Shown here: positions 1-10,798 of the stretch, piece after piece
How the letters are laid out: each line of letters starts with the position of its first letter
How positions within the stretch are numbered: position 1 is the first letter of the stretch
Source of the DNA: Cyanophyceae cyanobacterium
GTDB taxonomy: Bacteria > Cyanobacteriota > Cyanobacteriia > Cyanobacteriales > JBHJGN01
Assembly (NCBI GenBank): GCA_050331735.1
Contig: JBHJGN010000001.1
Location: 1 to 64,000, forward strand
Direction: 5' to 3'
Length of the DNA stretch: 64,000 nt
The notes under the pieces: model-generated
Database searches by the model: none
The model's input: the letters and a program-made list of their open reading frames with translations, nothing else
Told to the model about the DNA's origin: nothing
Program-made: the position numbers and the translations under genes

Positions 1-211
1 CCACCGGCGGGGCGCATCCCGCCCGCCGGCCGCGGCCCCGACGCGTCCCAGCCGCCCCGCGGCGCCCCCGGCCCTCCCCAGCCAGCCCCCCCGCCGGCCC
101 CCCCGCGCCCCCCCCCAAAGGGTGTTTTTGAACACACTCTGTTGGTTACCTCGGAGCTTAAATGCCGACTGCTAACTACCGACTCCCGACTCCCGTTACC
201 TAGGAGCCAAG

Positions 212-2476
212 CTAACGACTGCCAAACTCTAGTGGACCCGGTTTTCCGATGCCGTAGCCCTGAGCATAATTCACTCCCAGGTGGCGCAGTTTTTCTAGGG
301 TGGCATCGTTCTCTACAAATTCAGCAACCGTTTGCATGCCCATCACCTGACCAACCCGGTTAAAACATTCGACAAGAGCATAGTTGACGCGATCGCTGGT
401 AATGTTTTTGACGAAGCTGCCGTCGATTTTGAGGTAGTCAACGGGGAGATTTTTAAGATACGCCAGCGAACTCATGCCGCTGCCAAAGTCGTCGAGGGCG
501 AAGCGACAGCCAAGCTGCTTCAGTTCGCCGATGAGCTGAGCGGCTCGGGCTAAATTTCCCACCGCCGTTGTTTCGGTAATTTCAAAGCAGATTGCCTGGG
601 GTGGAACTCCATGTTCGGCAAACTGCTCTTTCAGAAAATCGGTAAAGCGATCGCTGTTAACGGTGGTTCCGGAAAGATTGATGGTGTAAACGGTGGAGTC
701 CGACGGGGAAGCTTGATAGTAGCGGCTGTAGCCCTCAAAGAAGGTGCGAATGACCCAGCGATCGATGGTCGTCATCAGGCTATACCGTTCGGCGGCGGGA
801 ATAAACGCCATCGGCGGCACGAGAGCACCCTGTTCGTCGCGCAACCGCAATAAAATTTCGTAGTGGACCGCATCGGCTGTTCCAATCGGAGCAATTTTCT
901 GAGCGTAGAGACAGAAACGATCTTCTTCTAGCGCCGAGTTAATGCGCAAAATCCACTGGCGCTCGCCTCGCTGCCGCACGAGCTGCTCGTCGTTAGAGCG
1001 ATACACCTGAATGCAGTTGCGCCCGCGCTCTTTGGCTCCATAACAGGCGGCATCTGCCGCGCCGAGGATGCTGTTTAAGTTTTGACTGCTGCGGTCGATT
1101 TCGACTAAGCCTAGGCTGGCTCCAATCGTGAAAGATTTGCCGTCCCACACAAAGCGGAACTCCTGGATTTGCCTTTGCAGCGTGTGGGCAATCTGTTCTG
1201 CTTTTTCAATCGGGCAGTTATAGAGCAGCAGACCGAACTCATCGCCTCCTAAACGAGCCAGCAGATCCGTCGAGCGGATTTGTTTTTTCAGCAGGGCGCT
1301 GACCTGACACAGCAGCTCATCGCCAGCGACGTGTCCGCAGGTGTCGTTGACGACCTTAAACTGATCGAGGTCCAGGTAGCAGAGCGCGTGTTGGGTATTG
1401 TGCTGAGCTGAGGCGATCGCCTCAGCGAGATACTGCTTGAATCCGCGTCGGTTAATGAGTTTGGTTAACGTATCGTGAGTGGCCTGCCAGGTAAGCTGAT
1501 GGGCGAGGTTCCGCGAGCGGGTATTGTCTCGCAAGACTAAGACCGTGCCCACCAACACGCCTTGATAACAGCCGATGGGGGTAGCCGAAATATCCACGGC
1601 CTGTTGGCTGCCGTTACGGGCGATGAGCACCAGGCGATCGAAAAGCTTAATCGTCTTTCTCGCCTGCAAAATTCTTTCCACCAAATTTTCGAGCGGCTGC
1701 TCTGTGTCCTCCCGGACGAGTTTGAAGGCTTCTGAAAACGGTTTTCCTGCGGTTTCTGCCGTCGTCCAGCCCGTCAATTGTTCTGCCGCCGGATTAAGAT
1801 ACCTCACTCTACCGCGCCAGTCCGTCGCAATCACGGCATCTCCTAAAGATTGCAGCGTCACCTGAGCCAGCTCTTCGCTTGTCCACAGTTTATCTAGCCG
1901 CTGACGCTCGGCTTGGTAAGTATGCCCCACCGCGTTAGCGAGCATTTCTCCACAGAGGTGCAGCCGACGATGGCTCGTCGTGTGAGCCTGCTCAGCCTCG
2001 AACCCCACCGCTCCCAGCAGATTTTGGTCCACAACAACGGGAAACAGGCTTATTTGATCTTGAGCCGCTAAAGTCCCTCTATTCAGGGCAATTTGTAGCG
2101 CATCAAGCTCGCTCAGATTAGGTAACTCCTCAACATTAACCTGCCCCAATGACGTTCTGCCGCTGGCAGACCATTCTTGGCGCACCTTCCACACCAAAGG
2201 CTTTGCTAAAGAGGTTTGCAGCACAAAAATTCGCTCTAGATGAAAGAACTCTCCCACCGCCTGTAGTGCCGTTCCGATGGCGACACTGGCGTTACCAGAA
2301 TTGATTAAAGTAATCGCTAAACGACAAATAAGCTCTTCAAAGTCAGCCAACTTCTCCAGTTCCAGAGGTTTTTCTCTAGTCAGCCACGGCTTCTCCAAGA
2401 GTGCCTTTTGGGTGTCCAGCAGCGGGAGTTGCTCGGTCAGCAGGCAATTATCAGCGTCTCTCACAATTTTCTTCAT
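212..2476 (-). CDS. PAS-GGDEF-EAL diguanylate cyclase/phosphodiesterase with GAF-like N-terminus
   Basis: PAS (YLNPAAEQLTGW), GGDEF preceded by RSTD I-site, EAL domain (EILLRL, DDFGSG, LKIDGSF). Start set at ATG 2476; ORF track extends to 2518. Confidence 0.9.
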   Translation of the reverse strand: MKKIVRDADNCLLTEQLPLLDTQKALLEKPWLTREKPLELEKLADFEELICRLAITLINSGNASVAIGTALQAVGEFFHLERIFVLQTSLAKPLVWKVRQEWSASGRTSLGQVNVEELPNLSELDALQIALNRGTLAAQDQISLFPVVVDQNLLGAVGFEAEQAHTTSHRRLHLCGEMLANAVGHTYQAERQRLDKLWTSEELAQVTLQSLGDAVIATDWRGRVRYLNPAAEQLTGWTTAETAGKPFSEAFKLVREDTEQPLENLVERILQARKTIKLFDRLVLIARNGSQQAVDISATPIGCYQGVLVGTVLVLRDNTRSRNLAHQLTWQATHDTLTKLINRRGFKQYLAEAIASAQHNTQHALCYLDLDQFKVVNDTCGHVAGDELLCQVSALLKKQIRSTDLLARLGGDEFGLLLYNCPIEKAEQIAHTLQRQIQEFRFVWDGKSFTIGASLGLVEIDRSSQNLNSILGAADAACYGAKERGRNCIQVYRSNDEQLVRQRGERQWILRINSALEEDRFCLYAQKIAPIGTADAVHYEILLRLRDEQGALVPPMAFIPAAERYSLMTTIDRWVIRTFFEGYSRYYQASPSDSTVYTINLSGTTVNSDRFTDFLKEQFAEHGVPPQAICFEITETTAVGNLARAAQLIGELKQLGCRFALDDFGSGMSSLAYLKNLPVDYLKIDGSFVKNITSDRVNYALVECFNRVGQVMGMQTVAEFVENDATLEKLRHLGVNYAQGYGIGKPGPLEFGSR

Positions 2477-2597
2477 AGTCAGCAAACACAACCTTCGCTC
2501 TACCCTAGCTCTGCCCAAAATTCCCCGTCATCACTGTAAACACCGAGATTTCGCGCCTATTTGCCGTCATTCTCACGAAAAGCACTGGAGCGCTATA

Positions 2598-2903
2598 AGC
2601 GCCGTCGGCGCGGGAAAAGGGGAAGGGGGAAATTGTCCCTGACGGGACGGGGAAGGGGGAAAGGGGAAAGGGGAAAGGGAAGCATTGTTTAGCTTCGTTT
2701 TCTATTGTTCGTAACGACAAGCAAAAAGCGGGCAAACTGCCCGCCTTTGCTGTTTATACCATTTACCGCAAGTAGTCAGATAGTTCCTTAAACTAACTAA
2801 GCATTGGAGGTTCAAGGGCAAAGAGCTGCTGTGCTTCCCTTTTTCCCTTGCCCCTTCCCCTTTTCCCCGCAGCGCTAGCTGCTTCCCCCGCGCCGACGGC
2901 GCT
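2598..2903. repeat. Composite intergenic repeat: 17-bp outer inverted repeats, GGGGAAA-type heptamers, mini-hairpin, truncated MITE and a hairpin at 2721-2750
   Basis: AGCGCCGTCGGCGCGGG (2598-2614) and its exact reverse complement (2887-2903); MITE left end TACCATTTA at 2757. Confidence 0.75.
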
Positions 2904-5469
2904 ATAGCCAAGGGCTAACGTCCACCGCCAGCTTTTTCCCTAACCCGAGCAAGATTGGCATCTGAGTGACGTTCCAGCGACAGGTAATTTGGCTATAGCT
3001 GCGGTCTGGGTAGAAACACTGCGGCACGATTTGCTCGTGTAGACATTTGTAGTAAAGTTCTTGCGCTCTATCGAGGGAGAGAGTCAGATGAAGCTGGTTG
3101 CCAACGCTGACTGTTCTTTCTAGGCGAGCGACATCTGCTTCTAGAGTGCTGGGATCGGCGTTGTGCAGCAGTTGCCACAGCGAGCGCAGAATGAGGCGTT
3201 CTAATGTCTTCTTAGCTTGCGGAATTTGTAGCTGACAGCCCAAGCGCTCAGCTTCGATGGCGATCGCCTCTAAATCGGCTAAATGGCGGTCGAGCTTCTG
3301 GGGACTATCGGCGGCTCGTTCGAGCTGCGTGACAATCGTAGAGCAGCGGTGGGATAGCGATACTTCCGCCGCTACCTGGAGCTCTTGAGGAACCGGTAGA
3401 GCATCTCGCCGGAAAGCGACCAGAATGCCGTAGTTATCTCGATACACCTGAGCGTAGAGCTGATCGAGGCGCTTTTTCGTCTTGGTGGTGAGCTGCTGCA
3501 TGATGCGATGCCGTTCTTCGGCAAACAGATGTTGGAGGTTAAAGGCTTGCCCGCCGAACACCTGGGTCATCTTCATAATGGTTTGGGCGGCGCTGGCTTC
3601 GTTGAGCGCTTCAAATAGCTCCTCCTTGACCTGGGTGTACCCCCGCCGTCCGGCGAAGGGCTGAATGCAGCAGTGGAAATCCCAGCCGCCGAGATGCAGC
3701 ACCGCAAACACTAAATGGGTGCTTTCCCACGTAATATCCGAAACCAGCCGCACCTGACCGACGGCCAAATTGAGCGCTCCCATCTGCTGGCGCTGGTAGT
3801 CAAGCTGCTGGACGCTATAGCAGTAAATCTGCTGCTTTTGCGGATAGCTAGTAAACAGCGAACTAATGGCGTAGTGAGCTGCTACCTGCTTAAATCCGAC
3901 CTGGGACGACACCACCAACTGGCGATAAACCTCCGCTCCGTTGCCAAACTGCTCCACATTGCTAGGGGCCAGGGCCAATCGCTCTAAAAACTCCCTTTCA
4001 AGCTGTACTCCCGCTACGTCTCCGGCCAGTTCGAGAGCGCGAGCCGCATAGCGGAGAATCTGGACTCCTTCCGGTCGCGAAATCTCTTCAAAGAACCAGC
4101 CACAACTGGTGTACATCAGCAGAGTATGGCGCTGCATCTCCAGCAGCCGCAGCGCATCCACCTGTTCGGAAGGACTGAGCTGACGGCACTGATGACGGCT
4201 GAGAAAGCGATCAACGGTTTTAGCGGAGCGATCGAGAATGACCTCGATGTACTCCTCCCTTGCCTGCCAGGGATCGCGGAAAAACCGGCGTCCCGTTTCC
4301 TCGTAGATTGGCATTAAGCGATCGCGCAGCCAGTCTAGGACATCCCGCAGCGGTCGTCGCCACTGCTGATGCCATTCCCCACCGCCACCGCAGCCACAGT
4401 GGTCCTGCCAGCGGTCTACGCCGTGGGAGCAACTCCACGCCGTTACTGGCTTCAGCCTCACTTCCCACTGCGGCGGATGCAGGCTCAAGTAGTGGGCAAA
4501 GTTGGTGATCGTCCAGCCAGACTCAGGAAACGTCTGGGTAAAAGCATAGGCTAAACATTTTTCGGTGCCTTTTTTATGATGCCCAAAGGTTTCCCCATCG
4601 GTAGCCACGTTGATTAACTGGGCATTGAGGCGATCTCCACGAACCGCCTGCCCAATGCGTCCAGTAAAGTTGTCCGAACTATTCAATACATCGTTGAAAC
4701 CGAGGTCGCGGGAGATCGGACCATCGTAAAAGAATATATCAATGTAGTCTACTTCGTTGATCGAGCAGCGATAGGGACGAGTGGTATCAATCTGCGATTC
4801 TCCCACTTCCTGCCACTGAGGATCGGGATTGTCTCGGGTTGGGCAAGGGCGACAGCGTTCGGCTTGCGACGGGGCCAAAATGATAAAGCGGATGTCCTGA
4901 GCCACCAGCGCCTCTAAAGTGGCGTAATCCACTGCCGTTTCCGCAAGCCACATGCCTTCGGGATCGCGCCCGAAGCGGGAGCGGAAATCTTCTTTCCCCC
5001 AATGAATTTGGGTATACTTGTCGCGTTCGTTGGCTAGCGGCAAAATAATGTGGTTGTAAACCTGAGCCACGGCGTTGCCGTGACCGTTGAGGCGATCGCT
5101 ACTTTTCCGGTCGGCTTCGATGATGCGCTGATACACTTCAATATCGTAGTTTTCCAGCCACGACATCAGGGTGGGGCCCACGTTAAAGCTTAGATACTCG
5201 AAGTTATTAACGATCCCCACCACCTCACTCTGCTCATTCAAAACACGAGCAAAAGCGTTCGGTCGATAGCATTCGTGATGGATGCGTTCGTTCCAGTCGT
5301 GAAAAGGCGAGGCACTCGGCTGCCGCTCGATGGTGTTGAGATAAGGGTTTTCGCGGGGCGGCTGGTAAAAATGGCCGTGAACCGTGACGTAAACACCAAG
5401 AGCCGTTCTGGAATCGTGGGTTACTTCAGGGGCGACAAGTCCTGAAGCACGCTTGGCAACAGAAGTCAT
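2902..5469 (-). CDS. Glycoside hydrolase family 57 / DUF3536 protein
   Basis: HGHFYQPPRENP, GMWLAETAVD, ATDGETFGHH and YTSCGWFF motifs. Confidence 0.85.
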   Translation of the reverse strand: MTSVAKRASGLVAPEVTHDSRTALGVYVTVHGHFYQPPRENPYLNTIERQPSASPFHDWNERIHHECYRPNAFARVLNEQSEVVGIVNNFEYLSFNVGPTLMSWLENYDIEVYQRIIEADRKSSDRLNGHGNAVAQVYNHIILPLANERDKYTQIHWGKEDFRSRFGRDPEGMWLAETAVDYATLEALVAQDIRFIILAPSQAERCRPCPTRDNPDPQWQEVGESQIDTTRPYRCSINEVDYIDIFFYDGPISRDLGFNDVLNSSDNFTGRIGQAVRGDRLNAQLINVATDGETFGHHKKGTEKCLAYAFTQTFPESGWTITNFAHYLSLHPPQWEVRLKPVTAWSCSHGVDRWQDHCGCGGGGEWHQQWRRPLRDVLDWLRDRLMPIYEETGRRFFRDPWQAREEYIEVILDRSAKTVDRFLSRHQCRQLSPSEQVDALRLLEMQRHTLLMYTSCGWFFEEISRPEGVQILRYAARALELAGDVAGVQLEREFLERLALAPSNVEQFGNGAEVYRQLVVSSQVGFKQVAAHYAISSLFTSYPQKQQIYCYSVQQLDYQRQQMGALNLAVGQVRLVSDITWESTHLVFAVLHLGGWDFHCCIQPFAGRRGYTQVKEELFEALNEASAAQTIMKMTQVFGGQAFNLQHLFAEERHRIMQQLTTKTKKRLDQLYAQVYRDNYGILVAFRRDALPVPQELQVAAEVSLSHRCSTIVTQLERAADSPQKLDRHLADLEAIAIEAERLGCQLQIPQAKKTLERLILRSLWQLLHNADPSTLEADVARLERTVSVGNQLHLTLSLDRAQELYYKCLHEQIVPQCFYPDRSYSQITCRWNVTQMPILLGLGKKLAVDVSPWL

Positions 5470-5890
5470 AATCTATTCGGGTGAGGTAAAATTTAGAGAC
5501 GCTTCTTCGGGCGGAGCGAAGGGGGCAAGCAGCTTACGAAGGAATCGATGAGTCTAGGCGATCGCCTAATTCTTCTTAGTCACTCTATTAAAACGCAATC
5601 CCGACAATTTTTAAACCGTTTCTCAAGAAACTTCAGTCAGTGAACCCAAAAAACGAGTTAACCTGCCGTCTTCTAGAAGGATGCTCAGGTCCGGGAGAAA
5701 CTGAGATAAAGCGTAGCGAATCTGTTTCTCGAGCCCGACACTAGCTTCCGATGAATCGGTTCGTCCTTTGTCTTTAGTCGTTCGTTATTGATCCCCTGCT
5801 ACAGATCACTCATGACGCCTGACAAAGGACACGACAGGGCAGAGATTCAATCATTGAGAATTACGTTCCCGCCGCTTGTGACGTGACGAT

Positions 5891-6133
5891 CTAGCCTTTT
5901 GTGGCATCAAGATGTTCCCTCACCTTACGCTTGCGCTGCTCCTCGCTAACAGCGGCAGTCAGATCCGTTTTACCTTTACTGCGCTCCAGGTGGTCTTGAA
6001 TGTCCTTTTTCTTGCTGTCTGGCATCGGCTCATCCGCAGGGTCATAATTCTGAGGAGTCCGTTCGTAATTTAGATCGCCACCAGAAGTGCGAGCGATGTG
6101 TTCCATTACGCTTCTTTTTTGTTCGTCTGCCAT
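5891..6133 (-). CDS. Small hypothetical protein with three internal K-x-x-[VI]-x-[ED]-H-[IL]-x-x-[ST]-x-G repeats
   Basis: ATG with AAGGA upstream; threefold repeated motif in 80 aa. Confidence 0.7.
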   Translation of the reverse strand: MADEQKRSVMEHIARTSGGDLNYERTPQNYDPADEPMPDSKKKDIQDHLERSKGKTDLTAAVSEEQRKRKVREHLDATKG

Positions 6134-6214
6134 GAGCTGGTCCTTTAAGTTTTGTGTACGAATTTCATTTTCACCGATTTTCAGCTTTGATCATTCGCCC
6201 AAAAGAGAGAAAAG

Positions 6215-6363
6215 TGTCCCTGCGGGGCGGGGAAGGGGGAAACTGTCCCTGCGGGACGGGGAAAGAACACAGAGCCAAGACCTAGGCTAAGTCCTCCTCC
6301 CTTTCCCCCGTGCCGTTTCCCCGTTGCGAAGCAACTCCCCCCGGCCCCTGCGCCTAGGAGCGC
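6215..6363. repeat. Heptamer/mini-hairpin repeat element at the 3' end of hemB
   Basis: GTCCCTGCGGGAC (6245), GGGGAAAGAACACAG, GTTGCGAAGCAAC (6323). Confidence 0.7.
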
Positions 6364-7343
6364 TATCCTAGCCAGCGAACGGCATCTTTGGCATGATAGG
6401 TCAAAATTAGGTCGGCTCCGGCGCGTTTGAAGCTGGTGAGAGTTTCTAGGGCGACTTTTTGCTCGTCGATCCAGCCGTTTAGCGCTGCGGCTTTGATCAT
6501 TGAGTATTCGCCAGAGACGTTGTAGGCGGCGACGGGAAGCTCAGTAACTTCTTTAATGCGCCAGATAATGTCCATGTAGGAAAGGGCGGGTTTAACCATC
6601 AGCATGTCCGCTCCTTCAGCGATATCGAGCTGAACTTCTTTAAGCGCCTCTTGGCCGTTGGCAGGGTCCATTTGATAGGTGCGGCGATCGCCAAATTGAG
6701 GGGCTGACTCGGCGGCATCGCGGAAAGGACCGTAGTAGGCAGAAGCGTATTTAGCCGCGTAGGACAGAATCGGCGTGTTGTGAAACCCGGCTTCATCAAG
6801 TCCTTGGCGAATGGCCTGCACAAAGCCATCCATCATCCCGGAGGGCGCAATAATATCGGCTCCGGCTTTGGCTTGAGAGACAGCGGTTTTTTGCAGGAGT
6901 GCTAGCGTCGGATCGTTGAGGACGCGCCCGGTCAAATCTCCCGTCTCAAGATAGCCGCAGTGACCGTGACTCGTATATTCACACAGGCAGGTATCCGCGA
7001 TCACAATTAAGTCGGGAACCGCCTCTTTAACCGCCGTTGCTGCCTGCTGTACGATGCCGTGATCGTGCCAAGCCCCAGTCGCATCGGTATCTTTGGTTTC
7101 GGGAATTCCAAACAGAATAATGGCCGGAATGCCGAGCTCGTATACTTCTTTGGCTTCATCAACAATTTTATCGACCGAAAGCTGATAAACTCCAGGCATC
7201 GACTTTACTTCTTGAGCGACGGCCATTCCAGGAACAGCAAACAGAGGATAGACCAGATCGCTCGCCGTCAAGGTGGTTTCGCGGACCATGCGGCGCAGTT
7301 GAGGGTGTTGGCGCAAACGGCGCGGGCGGTTGATGGGAAACAT
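6363..7343 (-). CDS. hemB: Porphobilinogen synthase (ALA dehydratase)
   Basis: [39 protein letters not shown]. Start set at MFPINR (7343). Confidence 0.97.
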   Translation of the reverse strand: MFPINRPRRLRQHPQLRRMVRETTLTASDLVYPLFAVPGMAVAQEVKSMPGVYQLSVDKIVDEAKEVYELGIPAIILFGIPETKDTDATGAWHDHGIVQQAATAVKEAVPDLIVIADTCLCEYTSHGHCGYLETGDLTGRVLNDPTLALLQKTAVSQAKAGADIIAPSGMMDGFVQAIRQGLDEAGFHNTPILSYAAKYASAYYGPFRDAAESAPQFGDRRTYQMDPANGQEALKEVQLDIAEGADMLMVKPALSYMDIIWRIKEVTELPVAAYNVSGEYSMIKAAALNGWIDEQKVALETLTSFKRAGADLILTYHAKDAVRWLG

Positions 7344-7622
7344 AATTGAACTTACAGCACAGTGCATCTCCCCTCAGTGTAGAGCGATCGCGCCGCCCCT
7401 GAATCACACCCTCCAGTTCTCGTAACCGTTTTTTAACGAAATCCTCACTAGGCTAGCAGTAGCCCGAGAGATAACAAGCTACTCAGGGGCAAACCAGCCG
7501 ACTCCTGACCTACTCCTCTATCTTGCTATAGCGATTTGTTACCGACAAGACCCATGAACAATCAACCATTAACAGAAATCAGGACGTAGCACTGCCGAAC
7601 AATAAAGGACAAGCTGTCCCAT

Positions 7623-7651
7623 TTGCCGATTCGATCTCAAACCGCTATAAT
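7623..7651 (+). promoter_or_regulatory. Sigma70-type promoter of ssrA
   Basis: TTGCCG-N17-TATAAT, 16 nt before the tmRNA 5' end. Confidence 0.7.
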
Positions 7652-7667
7652 GTATGCATAAGCACAT

Positions 7668-8056
7668 GGGGCCGTAATGGTTTCGACAGGTTGGTGAAAG
7701 CTAGCCCGTGCAGGTCGAGAGTGAGTCATCTCTCGTAAATCCCTGATTCAAAACAATGTAATTGCGAACAACATCGTAAAATTTGAGCGCGTAGCAGTTG
7801 CTGCATAAAACTGCTTAGCCAGTCTCTTTTAGACTCGCTCGTTCTTAGCTGGACGCCGTTAAAGGCTAAGAACAAAACCCCAACGGCTGCACTCGCGAGC
7901 TGCCTCTGGTCGGCTTGTTAGTAAAGACTCAACCAGAGCATCCCACTGTCAGGGATAAGTGACGGTTCCCGCCCTGAGGGTCAGAAGGGCTAAACCTGTG
8001 AACGAGCGGAAAGTCAATATCCAGTCTGGACAGCAGTTCGACTCTGCTCGGCTCCA
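7668..8056 (+). ncRNA. ssrA: tmRNA; tag reading frame 7764-7808 encodes ANNIVKFERVAVAA*
   Basis: 5' GGGGCCGTAATGGTTTCGAC; 3' T-arm and acceptor GCAGTTCGACTCTGCTCGGCTCCA; cyanobacterial-type tag; CCA not encoded. Confidence 0.97.
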
Positions 8057-8075
8057 CTTCTAACTTTTAGAGTTT

Positions 8076-8105
8076 TGCCTCTAGTTGGCTGATGAACTAG
8101 AGGCA
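8076..8105. terminator. Probable bidirectional terminator between ssrA and the FG-GAP gene
   Basis: TGCCTCTAGTT-N8-AACTAGAGGCA followed by a T-rich tract. Confidence 0.75.
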
Positions 8106-8119
8106 TTATTTTTCATGGT

Positions 8120-10798
8120 TTAGATAACGGTAAGGTTTTCCTCCATCATTGCCTGTAGCTCAGCCGGAGGAGCCTCTAGGCTAAGATCGGCGTAGTTCGT
8201 TGGGGCTGCTGACGCTGCGGGGTCGCCTAGATCAGGAAAAGCAGCGTCAGGAGCAACTGTTCCGCCCACCAGCAGCACATCATCTTCATCGGCTAATAAA
8301 CTAGATGCTATCGTCAGCGCTGCTGATGTCCCGGATCCGCTCAAGTCTCCGGCGACATTTTCAAAGAAATTGAGTCTGCCGCGATTATTAGTGCCAAGAA
8401 TAGTAAAGTCGCCGCCAACGGCAGTATCTAAATCACCGTCGCCGTCAACATCGGCAAAGCTGGGTGCCGCATAAAAGCCAACGTCGATCGTATCGAAGGG
8501 ATTGCTGCTGCCAGTCACCTCTGTAAAGGTGCCGCCATCATTGCGATAAAAGCGGGTTTCTCCAAAGGCTTCTCCAATCAACGCATCCGCATCGCCATCG
8601 CCGTCAGCGTCAGCAAAACTGGGGAAGCTAAAGAAGCCAGCATCAACTCCGTTGAGGGGGTTGAGCGTCCCTCCCCGTTGCACAAAGCTGCCGTTCTCGT
8701 TGCGTAAGTAACGAATGGTTCCATCAGCTAAGCCCAAGAAAGCATCTTCATCTCCGTCCCCGTCAATGTTGGCAAACGCAATATTGCTATAGGAGCCAAC
8801 ATCGACTCCATTGAAGGGATTATTCGTCCCAACTTGTTCAACAAACTGGCCATTGTCGTTCCGATAAAAATTGATCGTTCCGGCAAACTCTCCGGAAAAC
8901 AAATCTAGATCCCCATCGGTATCGATATCGACGAAGGTGGGAGTGCTGACGAAACCAACATCAATGCCGTTGAAAGGGTTGCCGTTCCCGGCAACTGGGC
9001 TGAAAGTCCCGTTGGTGTTCCGGAAGAACAAAATGGTGCCATTGATCTCGCCTAAGAAAAGATCGAGGTCGCCATCGCGGTCTAGGTCTGCAAAGGTCGG
9101 TACAGGACTGGAAAGAACATCCACGCCATTAAAGGGATTCGCTGCCCCGGTGCGGGCCGCTAAAACAAGCGGGGTATCTTCTAAAAAATTGATGGTGCCG
9201 TCAGCCGCACCGATGAAAGCATCGGCATCTCCATCGGTATCGATATCGACAAAGCCAGGAGAACTAGCATTGCCAACATTAACCGTAGCAAGTGGATTGA
9301 GAGTTCCTGGCTGAAACGCAAACGTGCCTTGGTTGTTGCGATAGAGGAACGTATTACCCGCAGAATTGCCTACATAAGCATCTAAATCGCCATCGCCATC
9401 AGCATCGGCAAAACTGGGAGAACTCCCAAAGCCGACGTTAACGCCAGCAAGCGGGTTTTCTGCTGCCTGGAGAGTAAAGCTGCCGCCGTCGTTTCGGAAG
9501 TAGCTAACGGTCCCGTTCGCTGCGCCAACAAAAACGTCTTCATCTCCATCCGCATCAACATCGAGAAAGGCTGGAGAGCTGTTCGTGCCAACATCGAAGC
9601 CCAGAAAAGGGTTGAACGTGCCGCGCTGCTGCACAAAAGTGCCGCCGTTGTTTTGGAAATAAAATAGGCTGCCAGCCTGGTTGCCAATCGCTACATCCAG
9701 GTCTCCGTCGGCATCAAGGTCGGCAAAAGCGGGAACGCTGTTGATGCCAACATCAATGCCCAGAAAAGGGTTAGACGTGCCGCTCTGCTGAACGAAAGTG
9801 CCGCCGTTGTTTTGGAAATAAAATAGGCTGCCAGCCTGGTTACCGATCGCTACATCCAGGTCTCCGTCATTATCAAGATCGGCAAAAGCCGGAGCGGTGT
9901 TTGCGGGGAAGTTAGCGTTGAGAGGATTCGACGTTCCGGTTCGTTCAACGTAGTTAGCCAGCCTCAGTCGGTTGAGAAAATCAACGCTGCCAAATCCTCT
10001 AGAACCAACAAAACCATCAACATCACCGTCTTCATCCAGGTCGGCAAAGGCAGGAGCGCTAAATGAGCCAAAATCGATGCCTAAAAAAGGATTGAGGGTG
10101 CCTTGTTGCTGCACAAAGGTGCTGCCGTTGTTGCGGAAATAAAACAGGCTCCCAGCCTGGTTACCAATCACCACGTCAACGTTGCCATCGCCATCAATAT
10201 CGACGAAAGCCGGGGCGCTATAGCCGCCAATATCAATGCCTAAAAAAGGATTGAGAGTGCCGCTCTGCTGGACAAAGGTGCCGCCGTCATTGCGAAAATA
10301 AAACAGGCTTCCCAGACGGTTCCCAATGACCGCATCTCCGTCCCCATCCCCGTCAACGTCCGCAAAGAAGGGTAGGCTATTGTCGCCAACATCAATGCCT
10401 AAAAAAGGATTGAGAGTGCCGCTCTGCTGCGCAAAGGTGCCGCCGTTGTTGCGAAAATAAAACAGGCTTCCTAGACGGTTCCCAATGACCGCATCTAGAT
10501 CTCCATCGCCCTCCACATCGACAAAGGCTGGAGCACTATACCCTCCGAGGCTGTCGTTCGGGTTCGTATCAACGTTAACCGCATTGAGAGGATTGAGGTT
10601 TCCGGTTTGCTCAGTAAAGTTGCCCCCATCGTTGCGATAGAAGAAAATTACTCCATCTCGATTGCCAATAAAAGCATCCAGGTCGCCATCGGCATCAACA
10701 TCGATAAAGGCAGGAACGCTATTGTTGTCTACATCGACAACGTTTAGCGGATTGAGGCTACCGCGTTGCTGTAAAAAGGCGAAGGTCAAATTGCTCAT
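8120..10798 (-). CDS. FG-GAP/VCBS repeat protein, probably Ca-binding beta-propeller, 15 repeats
   Basis: 15 DxDxDGDxD-type motifs in ~53-aa repeats; GAGGAG RBS; no obvious signal peptide. Confidence 0.85.
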   Translation of the reverse strand: MSNLTFAFLQQRGSLNPLNVVDVDNNSVPAFIDVDADGDLDAFIGNRDGVIFFYRNDGGNFTEQTGNLNPLNAVNVDTNPNDSLGGYSAPAFVDVEGDGDLDAVIGNRLGSLFYFRNNGGTFAQQSGTLNPFLGIDVGDNSLPFFADVDGDGDGDAVIGNRLGSLFYFRNDGGTFVQQSGTLNPFLGIDIGGYSAPAFVDIDGDGNVDVVIGNQAGSLFYFRNNGSTFVQQQGTLNPFLGIDFGSFSAPAFADLDEDGDVDGFVGSRGFGSVDFLNRLRLANYVERTGTSNPLNANFPANTAPAFADLDNDGDLDVAIGNQAGSLFYFQNNGGTFVQQSGTSNPFLGIDVGINSVPAFADLDADGDLDVAIGNQAGSLFYFQNNGGTFVQQRGTFNPFLGFDVGTNSSPAFLDVDADGDEDVFVGAANGTVSYFRNDGGSFTLQAAENPLAGVNVGFGSSPSFADADGDGDLDAYVGNSAGNTFLYRNNQGTFAFQPGTLNPLATVNVGNASSPGFVDIDTDGDADAFIGAADGTINFLEDTPLVLAARTGAANPFNGVDVLSSPVPTFADLDRDGDLDLFLGEINGTILFFRNTNGTFSPVAGNGNPFNGIDVGFVSTPTFVDIDTDGDLDLFSGEFAGTINFYRNDNGQFVEQVGTNNPFNGVDVGSYSNIAFANIDGDGDEDAFLGLADGTIRYLRNENGSFVQRGGTLNPLNGVDAGFFSFPSFADADGDGDADALIGEAFGETRFYRNDGGTFTEVTGSSNPFDTIDVGFYAAPSFADVDGDGDLDTAVGGDFTILGTNNRGRLNFFENVAGDLSGSGTSAALTIASSLLADEDDVLLVGGTVAPDAAFPDLGDPAASAAPTNYADLSLEAPPAELQAMMEENLTVI

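Noticed and set aside
1..120. Extremely C/G-rich low-complexity stretch
   Set aside because: Unlike the rest of the window and at the sequence edge; most likely a contig-end or low-quality artefact.
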